From NCBI GenBank assembly GCA_034530875.2, contig JAVRCJ020000003.1, forward strand, positions 256,001 through 320,000: 64,000 nucleotides of DNA, read 5' to 3'. The notes below the pieces were generated by a model. That model did not search any database and was not told where the DNA came from. It worked only from the letters and a program-made list of their open reading frames with translations. The translations under genes were made by a program, and so were the position numbers. The DNA comes from Nostoc sp. DedSLP01. Lineage in GTDB: Bacteria > Cyanobacteriota > Cyanobacteriia > Cyanobacteriales > Nostocaceae. Below are positions 41,275-51,422 of this stretch, one piece after another (the stretch's first letter is position 1; each line of letters begins with the position of its first letter).

Positions 41275-41895
41275 ATGACTCAAGCCATACCCAAGCAAGT
41301 AACCTTTGAGGAATTTGTCGATTGGCTGCCCGAAAATTCAGGGGTACGCTACGAACTACATAATGGAGACATTGTTGAGATGGCGCAACCAGTAGGGGAA
41401 CACGAAGGAGTAAAGGGTTTTTTAGCAAGAAAAGTAACAGTTGAATTTGACCGATTAGACCTCCCCTATTTCATGCCCAACCAAGTTATCGTTAGACCGC
41501 CTGAAAAAGATTCTGGTTACTTACCAGATGTATTGGTCTTAAACCGTGCAAATCTGGCAAACGAAAAATTATGGGAAAAACAATCTATCGTTAGCCTTGG
41601 TGCATCGATACCTTTGGTAATTGAGATTGTATCAACCAACTGGCGGGACGATTACTATTTAAAATATGCCGATTATGAAGAGATGGGTATCCCCGAATAC
41701 TGGATTGTTGATTATGCTGCCTTGGGTGGACGTAATTTTATCGGTAATCCCAAGCAACCAACAATCTCCATCTGTAACTTAGTTGATGGAGAATATCAAA
41801 TAAGTAAGTTTCGAGAAAGCGATCGCATTGTTTCCCAAACTTTCCCCGAATTGAACCTTACCCCAAACCAGATTTTTCAAGCTGGTCTGGTTTAG
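41275..41895 (+). CDS. Uma2-family putative endonuclease
   Basis: RYELHNG, PDVLV, VIEIVSTNW, GIPEYWIVD. Confidence 0.92.
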   Translation: MTQAIPKQVTFEEFVDWLPENSGVRYELHNGDIVEMAQPVGEHEGVKGFLARKVTVEFDRLDLPYFMPNQVIVRPPEKDSGYLPDVLVLNRANLANEKLWEKQSIVSLGASIPLVIEIVSTNWRDDYYLKYADYEEMGIPEYWIVDYAALGGRNFIGNPKQPTISICNLVDGEYQISKFRESDRIVSQTFPELNLTPNQIFQAGLV

Positions 41896-41898
41896 GGT

Positions 41899-43158
41899 TT
41901 AGCGTTTTGCCAATTCTGGAGTCCGTCCCTTCAAACCGATCATCAGCTTGAGCATAAATACCTTTAACATCGGTACTCGTTGCAATAACCATAAACCCAA
42001 GCGACGAAGGAAAACTACAGGTAAGAAATTATTAGAAAACATCCGATCTAACAAATCGGTGAAACCTAAAATCGTTAGGTTTTCCAACTTGCGCCAACGT
42101 TCGTAACGTTTAAGAATCTGAATCTCTCCAATATCTTTACCTGCTTTGTGGGCTGCTTGGATTACTTGCGCCAAAGCCGCTGCATCGCGAATACCCAAGT
42201 TTAAACCTTGTCCGCCGACGGGATGACAGTTGTGTGCAGCATCGCCAATTAATGCTAGTCGAGGAAGAACATAGCGATCGCTTTGCATGAGTTGTACCTG
42301 AAAAATAAAGCGATCGCCTAGTAGTTCCAATTTACCCATCCCATCGCCATAGCGACGGGTTAATTCTCCTAAAAATTGCTCATCATCTAAAGCACACAAA
42401 GCTTTTGCTTCTTCGTGGGGGGCTGTCCAGACAATCCGGCAACGATTTCCTGGCAAAGGTAAAATCGCAAACGGGCCGCTAGACCAAAATCTTTCGTAAG
42501 CAGTGTTATTGTGGGGTTTCTCTGGTTTGACAAATGCAACGATGCAAGACTGCCAATATTTCCAGCCAGAGGTTTTAATACCAGCAGCTTGACGAATCGG
42601 CGATCGCGATCCATCTGCGGCTACGAGTAATTTACTCTTAACTGTTCGTACTTCGCCAGCAACTTTAATATCTATCGCTACAAAATCACGTTGGTATTGC
42701 GTGTTTACCACCTCAGCCGGACACAGATAAGTCACATTTGGGCATTCTCGAACAAACTCCTGCAACGGTTCCAACAGTGCTTGGTGTTCCGCCACATAAC
42801 CCAACTCTGGCGTACCTATATCATCTGTGACAAATTCCACCACATCAGGATGATCGGCATCAGAAAGGCGAACCCGGCAATATTTGGCAATTTGAGGCAA
42901 CATTTTGTCCCAAACTCCAATTCCTTGGTAAATTAGCGACGAAAGCATGTGAACTGCATAAGCTTGACCCTTGGCTACAGCTGCCGATGCGACTTTTGCC
43001 TCAATTAGCAGCACACTCAAGCCAGAATCTTTTAAGGCGGAGGCTAAAGTTAACCCAACAATTCCACCGCCTACAATTACCAAATCGTATTCGTATCCCC
43101 GTTTGTCTGATGGTGTTTGGGGAGAGTAAAGAGTTTGATTAAGCTCTGCTAACGCCAT
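41899..43158 (-). CDS. UbiH/COQ6-family FAD-dependent hydroxylase
   Basis: IVGGGIVG, ADGSRS, LIGDAAHNCHPVGGQGLNLG. Confidence 0.92.
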   Translation of the reverse strand: MALAELNQTLYSPQTPSDKRGYEYDLVIVGGGIVGLTLASALKDSGLSVLLIEAKVASAAVAKGQAYAVHMLSSLIYQGIGVWDKMLPQIAKYCRVRLSDADHPDVVEFVTDDIGTPELGYVAEHQALLEPLQEFVRECPNVTYLCPAEVVNTQYQRDFVAIDIKVAGEVRTVKSKLLVAADGSRSPIRQAAGIKTSGWKYWQSCIVAFVKPEKPHNNTAYERFWSSGPFAILPLPGNRCRIVWTAPHEEAKALCALDDEQFLGELTRRYGDGMGKLELLGDRFIFQVQLMQSDRYVLPRLALIGDAAHNCHPVGGQGLNLGIRDAAALAQVIQAAHKAGKDIGEIQILKRYERWRKLENLTILGFTDLLDRMFSNNFLPVVFLRRLGLWLLQRVPMLKVFMLKLMIGLKGRTPELAKR

Positions 43159-43249
43159 TGTGAAGATAAATTACAGCATCTTAACTCTTATTTTGACGCG
43201 ATCGCGCCTTTTTGAGCAAGTCGGCCAAAATTCGGGTGTAGGGGGTAAA

Positions 43250-43434
43250 CTATCCCAGATGCATAACCAAACCATTTGTAGAGACGCGATTCATCGCGTC
43301 TTCATCCAAAGATGTGTTTTTAGCAAACCTCTGCGTGACGGCAGTCGCTACAACGGGGGGAACCCCCGCAAAGCGCTGCCTCACCTTTGCGTTAAAAAAG
43401 TTAGGATTTGGTGCAGCTTCACATAGAAGTGGTG
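43250..43434. mobile_element. Composite repeat: REP-like palindrome plus intact SDR-like element (43337-43382)
   Basis: GTAGAGACGCGATTCATCGCGTCT palindrome; GACGGCAGTCGCTACAACGGGGGGAACCCCCGCAAAGCGCTGCCTC. Confidence 0.7.
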
Positions 43435-43565
43435 TGACTGCTTTGTAATCTGCTCTATTTTGAAAATGTCACCAGAGACTTAGAGTAATTCTTCAGTTAG
43501 ATATACACCAATTGATGGCTTCATTAGTTAGCTTGAAATAAGCAAGTTTCAAAGGTCAAATAAAG

Positions 43566-43742
43566 ATGAATAGGACACTACTATCGATTTTAATGTTTGC
43601 ATTCTTACTTTTATTTATCATCTCTCCCTTTGCTGCCCTTGCTAGCTTAATGCTAGTGTTGTTAGTTGGAGCATTTTTATTTCTAGCAGGAAATATATTT
43701 CAAGTAATTATTGGTGGCAATCCCGATACTAAGAAATTATAA
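43566..43742 (+). CDS. Small two-TM membrane protein, 58 aa (not in ORF track)
   Basis: MNRTLLSILMFAFLLLFIISPFAALASLMLVLLVGAFLFLAGNIFQVIIGGNPDTKKL; downstream hairpin CCCGCTG/CAGCGGG. Confidence 0.65.
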   Translation: MNRTLLSILMFAFLLLFIISPFAALASLMLVLLVGAFLFLAGNIFQVIIGGNPDTKKL

Positions 43743-43903
43743 AATTAAAGCACAATTCAAAATTTATAATTAATAAACATTGAAAAGACCCGCTGATTGC
43801 TAGAGATGACAGCGGGCTTAGATAAATAATTCAATCCTGATTGGAGCAAAACGAAGACAAAATTAATTACAGACCTACTACAGATTTTTGCAGTTAATAC
43901 TAA

Positions 43904-44080
43904 CTATTTATGAGCTTTGTTGGCTAGATGATGCTTGTGGTGTTTGTAATGTTTGTGATGAAGTTTAGTAGTTTTTGTCTTCGGATGACTAATAGTTTCA
44001 GCTTGAACAGCAGGTACAGAAATGGCTACAGGTGCAGCAAATATTAAAGCCAAAATGAAAGCTTTAGTCAAGTTATTCAC
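43904..44080 (-). CDS. Small secreted His/Lys-rich peptide, 58 aa
   Basis: GAGGA RBS + GTG at 44080; signal peptide ending VQA; tail KLHHKHYKHHKHH. Confidence 0.75.
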   Translation of the reverse strand: MNNLTKAFILALIFAAPVAISVPAVQAETISHPKTKTTKLHHKHYKHHKHHLANKAHK

Positions 44081-44127
44081 TTGAAATTCCTCATCAATTA
44101 TTGAACAGTACAACTATCTAATAGGTG

Positions 44128-44243
44128 TATGTCAGTCGGTTGTAATTGATGTGAATCTTTCATGTCTGTTTTGAAGAGTTTTTGTTATGTCAATTGGTTG
44201 TAATTGATGTGAACTTTTTATGTCTATTTTGAGGGATTCTTGT
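44128..44243. repeat. 58-bp tandem duplication upstream of the His-rich peptide gene
   Basis: Units 44128-44185 and 44186-44243 share the identical core GGTTGTAATTGATGTGAA. Confidence 0.9.
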
Positions 44244-45001
44244 TAAGAAATGCTGAGAGTCATCAACTCTTCTGCAACTTCAAAGTTAGATGTAACATTT
44301 TGCACATCATCTAAGCCTTCTAAAGTATCAATTAATTTGAAAAGCGATCGCGCCTGTTCGGAATCGGTAACTTCTACACTATTACTAGGAACCCAGCGCA
44401 ATTCAACATCAGTGACTTTAAAGCCTTTATCCTTAAGTGTTTGACTGAGGGTTTCTAAATTTTCGATCGCGCTAAATACCTCAGCCATCTCGTCTTCAGT
44501 CATTTCATAAGACTCGGCACCACCTTCTAGAGATGCTTCTAAAAGCTGTTCCTCATCAACTACACCCTGAACAACACAAACGCCTTTTTGATCAAACATC
44601 CAACTAACGCAACCTGTTTCCCCTAAATTCCCGCCGTTTTTACTAAAAGCTGCACGCAAATCAGCAGCTGTGCGATTGCGATTATCTGTGAGGGCTTCAA
44701 TCAAGATTGCCACACCACCGGGGCCGTAACCTTCATAGCGAATAGCTTCAAAATTGGCACTATCTGCACCAAAAGTACCTGCACCTTTAGCGATCGCCCG
44801 TTCGATATTATCATTAGGGATACTTGCTGCTTTTGCCTTGTCGATCGCTGTACGAAGTTGAAAATTCAGCGCCGGATCTGGTACGCCACTTCTGGCCGCA
44901 ACAATAATTGCTCTCGATAACTGAGTGAAGGTTTTTCCCTTTTTTGCATCTACTACCGCCTTCTGACGCTTAATATTTGCCCATTTACTATGTCCTGCCA
45001 T
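44243..45001 (-). CDS. yebC: YebC/PmpR family protein
   Basis: MAGHSKWANIK, YEGYGPGG, TDNRNRT, LDDVQNV. Confidence 0.96.
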   Translation of the reverse strand: MAGHSKWANIKRQKAVVDAKKGKTFTQLSRAIIVAARSGVPDPALNFQLRTAIDKAKAASIPNDNIERAIAKGAGTFGADSANFEAIRYEGYGPGGVAILIEALTDNRNRTAADLRAAFSKNGGNLGETGCVSWMFDQKGVCVVQGVVDEEQLLEASLEGGAESYEMTEDEMAEVFSAIENLETLSQTLKDKGFKVTDVELRWVPSNSVEVTDSEQARSLFKLIDTLEGLDDVQNVTSNFEVAEELMTLSIS

Positions 45002-45172
45002 AACCTGAAATTATCAAAACTCTACTCAAAGATTAGGATATACCCAGCTTTCACTCACATGCAAAGGTGCATTTGCTAAAAGTGATTAGTAAAGATGCAC
45101 CAACAAGGGAAAATAAAGGAATAAGAGAGAATAATCAATAACTAATGACCAATGACTAATGACTAATAACTA

Positions 45173-46510
45173 ATGACCAATAATAAACGCCGTACCAAGC
45201 GAAAAAGAAAGAAACTGTCACAGCAGTTGAGGAACTTGCTGCTGATATTATTGGCGGGGATAGCAGTCTTAGCTGGATGTCAAGGTATTTTACCTCGTAT
45301 TAGAGGAGATAATGTAATTCATTTAACTTTGTGGCACGGGGTAAATCCGCCACCAAATCGCGATGTGCTGCAAAAGCTGGTAGACAAATTCAATCAATCT
45401 CACCCGCATATTCAGGTAGAGTCGCTTTATGTCGGACAACAGGATCAGCAAACGCCTAAGATTTTAGCAGCGGTTGTCGGAAATGCACCTCCGGATTTGT
45501 TATGGTACAATCCGACGATCGCAGGTCAATTGGTAGAACTGGGGGCGCTTTTACCTTTGGATGAAATGCTGGAAAAATCTCCAATTAAAGCTGAAATTGA
45601 CCCCACTTTGTATGACTCAATGAAATACAACGGTAAGATTTGGTCTGTGCCGTTTGCTACGAATAATGTGGGTATTTTTTATCGCCCAAGTTTGTTTAAA
45701 GCAGCGGGAATTACAGAATTACCCCGCACTTGGCAGGAGTTTGCACAAGTTGCCAAGAAATTGACTCGCGATACCAATGGCGATGGGCGAACGGATCGAT
45801 ATGGTATGTCTCTGCCTTTGGGGAAAGGAGAATTTACCGTGTTTACTTGGCTACCGTTTATGTGGAGTAGCGGCGGCGAATTGGTGAATGGTAATTCACA
45901 AAATGCGGCAGCCGTCGATTTGCAAGATAATCGAGGAGCGATCGCAGCTTTGCAATTCTGGCGTAATTTAATTACTGAAGGTTCTGCTATTTTATCTGGC
46001 CCCGAACGCGGTTATGAGACAGATGACTTACTTAACGGTAAAGTTGCAATGCAATTAAACGGGCCGTGGAATCTCGGGCAATTTCAAACCACTGGCATCG
46101 ATTTTGATGTTTTTCCGATTCCCGTTGCACAGAAGCCTGCTACTGTTATTGGTGGTGAAAATTTGTTCTTTTTCAAAACAAAACCAGAGCGAGAAAAAGC
46201 AGCTTTTAAGTTTGTCGAGTATGCTCTAAGTGAAGAATTTCAGACAGAATTAGCACTGGGAACTGGCTATTTACCAGTGAATTTAAAGTCTCGTCAAAAT
46301 CCGAAATATCAAGAATTTATCAAGAAAACTCCCCAAGTTCAAGTATTTTTAGACCAAGCAAAATACGGGCGATCGCGTCCAATATTTCCTGGTTACAATC
46401 GAATTTCTGACAGCTTAGGACGGGCAATTGAATCTGTGCTACTGGGTAAAGATTCGCCAACCAAAGCGCTCGAAGAAACACAGCAGCGTTTAGATTTAAT
46501 TTTTGAATAA
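45173..46510 (+). CDS. Sugar ABC transporter substrate-binding lipoprotein
   Basis: Lipobox LAGC, GKVAMQLNGPW, GGEN; exact start uncertain because the first ATG lies in an STRR array. Confidence 0.9.
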   Translation: MTNNKRRTKRKRKKLSQQLRNLLLILLAGIAVLAGCQGILPRIRGDNVIHLTLWHGVNPPPNRDVLQKLVDKFNQSHPHIQVESLYVGQQDQQTPKILAAVVGNAPPDLLWYNPTIAGQLVELGALLPLDEMLEKSPIKAEIDPTLYDSMKYNGKIWSVPFATNNVGIFYRPSLFKAAGITELPRTWQEFAQVAKKLTRDTNGDGRTDRYGMSLPLGKGEFTVFTWLPFMWSSGGELVNGNSQNAAAVDLQDNRGAIAALQFWRNLITEGSAILSGPERGYETDDLLNGKVAMQLNGPWNLGQFQTTGIDFDVFPIPVAQKPATVIGGENLFFFKTKPEREKAAFKFVEYALSEEFQTELALGTGYLPVNLKSRQNPKYQEFIKKTPQVQVFLDQAKYGRSRPIFPGYNRISDSLGRAIESVLLGKDSPTKALEETQQRLDLIFE

Positions 46511-46772
46511 CCAAGACGCTGGAAAAAACACAGTTGCTAATATAGAATTCATATTTGATTTATAAAAAAATTTTTTAACTGGTCGCTGTTCGTTGTTAAG
46601 AGTTATACAAATTTGCAAAAATAATGCGACAGATACATACTTCCAAACCCTTGTTATGTCTGGTTTTATTAATCCGTGAATGCATGAATTTTGAGTTTGT
46701 ATAGCTTTAATCAAATACAACAGGTTGCGACTAAATGAGGTACACAACTGGAGAATTAAATATAGAAATTCT

Positions 46773-46916
46773 TCTACCTCCTGCCTCCTGCCCTCTGCCG
46801 ACGCTCGCGGACTTGCTCTAAGCGTTCGCGTAGCGTCTCGTAGAGAAGCCATGCCGTTGGCAAAGCCTCTCGTAGAGAAGGCTTTACGCTGCGCTATCCT
46901 GCCTCCTGCCTCCTCC
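46773..46916. mobile_element. Nested SDR-like elements inside a CTGCCTC heptamer array
   Basis: GACGCTCGCGGAC...ACGCTGCGCTA carrying two CTCGTAGAGAAG modules, flanked on both sides by (TCCTGCC)n. Confidence 0.7.
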
Positions 46917-46920
46917 TATA

Positions 46921-49900
46921 TTACATTTTCTCGTTATCGATTCCTGGGGAATTGTAATTTCTGAATTGGTATTTTTCGAGTAATTCCTTAACTTGAGTAG
47001 CTACCAGGGGATGCGGATCGTTTTGTAGTTGGGGTAGGATTTGGAAGAGGACGCGTTGTGAAACGATATTCAAATATGCGATCGCTGCTTCTCGAACAAA
47101 ACCAGTTGGATGGCGCAAACTAGCTAAAATCTCAGCACTTGTCAGTCGAATCCGAGCAATTTGAGCAAAATGAAAACAGCAAGCCAGACACCAGTCAGAA
47201 AGTAAATTACCCAACATCAGCAATCTGTGGAGGCGATCGCTAACTAACATATTTTCATATTCCACGAGCTTTGCTTCTACTAAATGTTGTAATTTTTCTT
47301 GCTCGGTTCGTTTATCTAAAATATTCAGCAATAGAGATTTAGAAGACAAAGTTATGGTATGTTCTAAGATTTCTAAGCCCCGCGCTAAATTTACCAATGA
47401 GAGCGATCGCAAATTAAAAGCTGCTGCTTGCATCTTTTCTGGGGAGTAAAGCAGCCTCAGTAGAAGTAACAATCGTTCCTTGATATCTAATTCTAATTCT
47501 TCGAGCGAGCGTAGCAATAGTTGCGAGACAATCAAAATCCTCTCATTTGCTTGATAATCTTCTTGTTTGTCTAAATTTTGAAAGTCTATATAAGCAGCGT
47601 AAATTTCACCTAAAAAATGTAATTCCTGATAAATTAAATTTTCTACCCGACTTTCATAAAATCTATCTCCGAAACATGTAATTCCTGGTTTTTTGTGTAT
47701 TTTAAGCAAACTGTGAAGAATATGATCCCTTGTAGTACCCCAAGAGATTTCTAAATTTTCCCATAAAGCTTCTATTGCTTCATGAGTGCTAATTTGAGCA
47801 ATAGTACGCCAAGCATACATCCGCACAACTTCTGGTTTGTAAATATTTTTAGCCAACTGCAAAAGCATCTCTAGGGCTTCGTTTTCCAACCGCACAAGGG
47901 CTAACATTGCTGTGCTACGGGTTGATTTGTAGTAAAGTGCGGCAATCAGGGCTGAATAGTAATCTTCTAAATGGGTTGCTGCAATCATTTCCAATACGGC
48001 ACAGCGTACCCGTAACGATTCATCTTGCAACAAATTGGGAATGTGAATTCGCAAAGCCTGTAAATAAACCGCTTCTCGAAGGGCTTTGACTCCATTTATT
48101 CGTTCTCGTTCTTGCTTATGAGTCAACATCCGGCGCATGGTTTTGGTGGCTGCTACCTTTTGTATGGGGGTTCCTTGGCGTAAAACTAAAGCAGCGGCGG
48201 TGGCGCGGATGAGTGAATTGTGCCGGGAGTGTAAGTATTCTTCGAGGAGGCTTAGATTGGGATTTGGTTCAGCAAGCCAAATGTAGCGCAGGGCTAGAGC
48301 AAAAACTTCAGGGTTAGTTTCTTGGGGATTTTCTAACAAAGGACGGATAGCGGATACATAAGCGGGATTTGCACCTCCCATCAGCATCACTTCCAAACTT
48401 TGACACTGCAAATCTGGGGTTAACTTGACTAATAAAGGTGCTAATACTTCCGATGCTCCTTGGGAATCAATTTGCGCTAAAAGTTCGATACACGAGCGTT
48501 TATCTGCGTTGTTGCCTTTTTCAGCCAAAGCTTTGACTACACCCTGCTTGAAGAATTTTAGACCTACGTTCGCCGCACTCAGTTGACCCCGTGCCACACT
48601 TAAAACTAACAAATCAACATAACGCGATCGCAATTCCCAAACTACTTTTAAACAAGTACCAGCTATCAGCATTGTTTCTGCTACTAACACCCATTTTTGC
48701 AGAGGCCCAGGTACATATCGTCCGCAGAATAATAAACTGACAAAAATTACTATTCCTGTCAACCCTGTGGCGATCGCTTCGGCAGTTCCGCCAGATAAAG
48801 TTTGCATCCGGCTGCGAATTCCCTCGGGAATCGGTTGATATAATATCGGCCCGCTACTCATTACAAAGGTGTAGCGCAGCAGTTCATCAAAAAATTTGAC
48901 AATTACTAGACCCCAGAAAAAGCTTTGCGATTGGATGCCGGGAAATAAGTGCAAAAATAGCAGTACGCCTGGTAGCATAAAGCCGACGACGATTGGTAAA
49001 AGTGTGGCAGTGAAAAATACTCCCATCCGTTCAATCAGTCGGCTAGAAATAAACCACTGAATTAATAACTCACACAATCCCAACATGCCACCAAATAAAC
49101 CCAAGAAACTAGCGAGTTCTCGGTCGTCTAAAGTCGATTGTAGTTCCCGCAGATATTGAAAATCTACTAACAATCCAATAACCTGCAACAAGCCCACAAA
49201 AGCAAATAACTGCCAAACATATCGCTTCAAAGGACTGATGAGAAAACGCTGTCGGGAAGTTTGTTCTTCAGGAATTATGATTTGTGGAGTTTCAGGAAAA
49301 GCTGCTCGATACTGATGAGTTAAATAAAATAAAATTACCGATCCCAATAAAATCACCGCACAAGCGATGAGGATCACCTTATTTAATCTCGCGTACTGCA
49401 CTAACCAAGGCAAACTAAAACCACTGATGACATCTGCCACCAACAGACCGCTACTGACTAATGGATAAGTGCGCTTAATTTCTCGAATGTTAAATATTTG
49501 GTTGGCAACAATGGAACTAGTGAGGTCATTAACGACATAAAGTGCATCTACCCACAGCCGTAGCAGAAATACCAGAATAACTCCCACGTAGGAAATATTG
49601 ATTCCCCAACGTAATAAAACTAACAAAATTAATGGCGTCACCATACAAGGTGCGATCGCCACAATCACCTGGCGTAAAGGAAAAATCTTTTGTAGCCAAG
49701 AATATAAAAAAACCAGCCCTGTACTCGTTACAGCACTGGCAATATACATCCAAGGTAGTAGATTAGTCTCATATTCGCCCAAAAACAGCGCCACTGTACT
49801 GTCTTCGGCCCACCGCAATCCTACAGATACAATGGTGTAAAATACGAACATCATTTGAGTGCGTTCGCTTTCCTCCGGTCGGAGATTCACCCACTGTAGC

Positions 49901-49953
49901 AATCGTGGAAAAGCAACTCTATTTACAGCCAACCAGTGATTTTTCAGTTCCAT
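46921..49953 (-). CDS. MFS/Npt-like transporter domain fused to HEAT repeats
   Basis: About 12 TM segments in the N-terminal half (IFNIREIKRTYPL, LYQPIP); HEAT-like C-terminal half. Confidence 0.85.
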   Translation of the reverse strand: MELKNHWLAVNRVAFPRLLQWVNLRPEESERTQMMFVFYTIVSVGLRWAEDSTVALFLGEYETNLLPWMYIASAVTSTGLVFLYSWLQKIFPLRQVIVAIAPCMVTPLILLVLLRWGINISYVGVILVFLLRLWVDALYVVNDLTSSIVANQIFNIREIKRTYPLVSSGLLVADVISGFSLPWLVQYARLNKVILIACAVILLGSVILFYLTHQYRAAFPETPQIIIPEEQTSRQRFLISPLKRYVWQLFAFVGLLQVIGLLVDFQYLRELQSTLDDRELASFLGLFGGMLGLCELLIQWFISSRLIERMGVFFTATLLPIVVGFMLPGVLLFLHLFPGIQSQSFFWGLVIVKFFDELLRYTFVMSSGPILYQPIPEGIRSRMQTLSGGTAEAIATGLTGIVIFVSLLFCGRYVPGPLQKWVLVAETMLIAGTCLKVVWELRSRYVDLLVLSVARGQLSAANVGLKFFKQGVVKALAEKGNNADKRSCIELLAQIDSQGASEVLAPLLVKLTPDLQCQSLEVMLMGGANPAYVSAIRPLLENPQETNPEVFALALRYIWLAEPNPNLSLLEEYLHSRHNSLIRATAAALVLRQGTPIQKVAATKTMRRMLTHKQERERINGVKALREAVYLQALRIHIPNLLQDESLRVRCAVLEMIAATHLEDYYSALIAALYYKSTRSTAMLALVRLENEALEMLLQLAKNIYKPEVVRMYAWRTIAQISTHEAIEALWENLEISWGTTRDHILHSLLKIHKKPGITCFGDRFYESRVENLIYQELHFLGEIYAAYIDFQNLDKQEDYQANERILIVSQLLLRSLEELELDIKERLLLLLRLLYSPEKMQAAAFNLRSLSLVNLARGLEILEHTITLSSKSLLLNILDKRTEQEKLQHLVEAKLVEYENMLVSDRLHRLLMLGNLLSDWCLACCFHFAQIARIRLTSAEILASLRHPTGFVREAAIAYLNIVSQRVLFQILPQLQNDPHPLVATQVKELLEKYQFRNYNSPGIDNEKM

Positions 49954-50329
49954 GCAATTTTAGTTTCTGGTAGTATCACCGCGTAATGGGCATTGGGCAT
50001 GGGAGGTATAGGAGGATGTGGAAGAAATCTTTCCCTTTTCTCTTCCCACACTCCCCATCTCCCCATCCCCTAGACATCACAAAAGTCCTGAGCGACTGAG
50101 TATTATCTTTCCCACTCAGCCTTCAGGACTATCGATTTGAGATAAATTTATACAACCTGATACTATCGGTCAAAATATTTGCAAGATATAAATCAATACA
50201 CTTGGGTTAAGAAAGTCTCTGGTGAAGAAAAGGGAGCAAAGGAAGCAGGGGAGAAAGGAGGAAAGATTTCTTCCCCATCCTCCCATGCCCATGCCCATAC
50301 CCAATGCCCCATGCCCCATGCCCCACAAT

Positions 50330-50366
50330 AAAAAAATCCCCTGGCTTCTAACCAAGGGATTTTTTT
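50330..50366 (-). terminator. infC intrinsic terminator
   Basis: AAAAAAATCCC...GGGATTTTTTT stem with T tracts. Confidence 0.75.
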
Positions 50367-50387
50367 GTCTATTGAAAAGTTAGAGGA

Positions 50388-50921
50388 TTATTTTTTGGGT
50401 GAGATGAGCATCATCATATTTCGCCCTTCTTTTTTAGGCGCTTGCTGAACCTCACCAAATGGCTCTAAATCCGTAGCCATTCGTTTGAGCAAATCTTCAG
50501 CGAGGTCACTGTGTTGAATTTCTCGACCCCGAAACATCACAGTAGCTTTGACTTTATCACCATCTTTCAAAAAGCGCTCTGCTTGCTTGACACGCACGTT
50601 GTAGTCGTGTTCTTCTATCTTGTAGCGCATCTTTACTTCTTTGACATCAGCCGTGTGCTGCTTTTTCCGGGCTTCCCGCGCCTTTTTTTCCTGTTCAAAC
50701 TTGTATTTCCCGTAGTCCATAATTCGACAAACTGGCGGGTCAGCTTTGTCACTGAGTAGCACTAAATCTAGTTCTTTCTCCTCTGCTAGTTGTAGTGCTT
50801 CTTGGGGGGGCATGATTCCCAATTGGCCGCCGTCAGTGTCAATGACCCGAATTTTCGGGAAGCGAATTCGTTCGTTAATTTGGGGCAGATCGCGAGTTCT
50901 TTTTTTCTCAATCACAGGCAT
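50388..50921 (-). CDS. infC: Translation initiation factor IF-3
   Basis: [32 protein letters not shown]. Confidence 0.98.
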   Translation of the reverse strand: MPVIEKKRTRDLPQINERIRFPKIRVIDTDGGQLGIMPPQEALQLAEEKELDLVLLSDKADPPVCRIMDYGKYKFEQEKKAREARKKQHTADVKEVKMRYKIEEHDYNVRVKQAERFLKDGDKVKATVMFRGREIQHSDLAEDLLKRMATDLEPFGEVQQAPKKEGRNMMMLISPKK

Positions 50922-51422
50922 TATGATTAGTGGGAGCTCTTAATGAAGGATTTGGTGTGGTTTTGACTAGTATGCCTCTGAGGCAAAATACTGAAATAAG
51001 TCAGGACTGAAAACATAAAGTCTACAGTTCTAGGGTAACTAATTCATGAAATAGTTGCGTCGTTGTATTTGCCATTCTACTCATTGTGAGAGAATTTCTG
51101 TGCATTAGTGAATCTAAATTACACATCTTTGTCAAATATGAAGTATTGTGAAAAATATTTCTCAATACTCTTAAAATGTCAGATTTAGCAGATAATCTCC
51201 ACAATAGCAAGATTATAGATGCAAACCATCCAACAAATGATAATGTAACACATCATCTTACATAAAGTAATGTAAGTAATATTTGTTATCAATAAATATT
51301 GTAAATTTACTTAGATAAATGGAATAGCTATATTTGAGAAGGTACAACAATTCTAGATGCAGCAGTAGGTGCATAGTATTGCTCGCTAGTGCCTATTTCC
51401 GCGTTAGCGATATTTTTAGTGG

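Noticed and set aside
43160..43426. 88-aa ORF, plus 46496-46852 and 46725-46964
   Set aside because: They read through SDR/REP repeat composites and have no protein-like features
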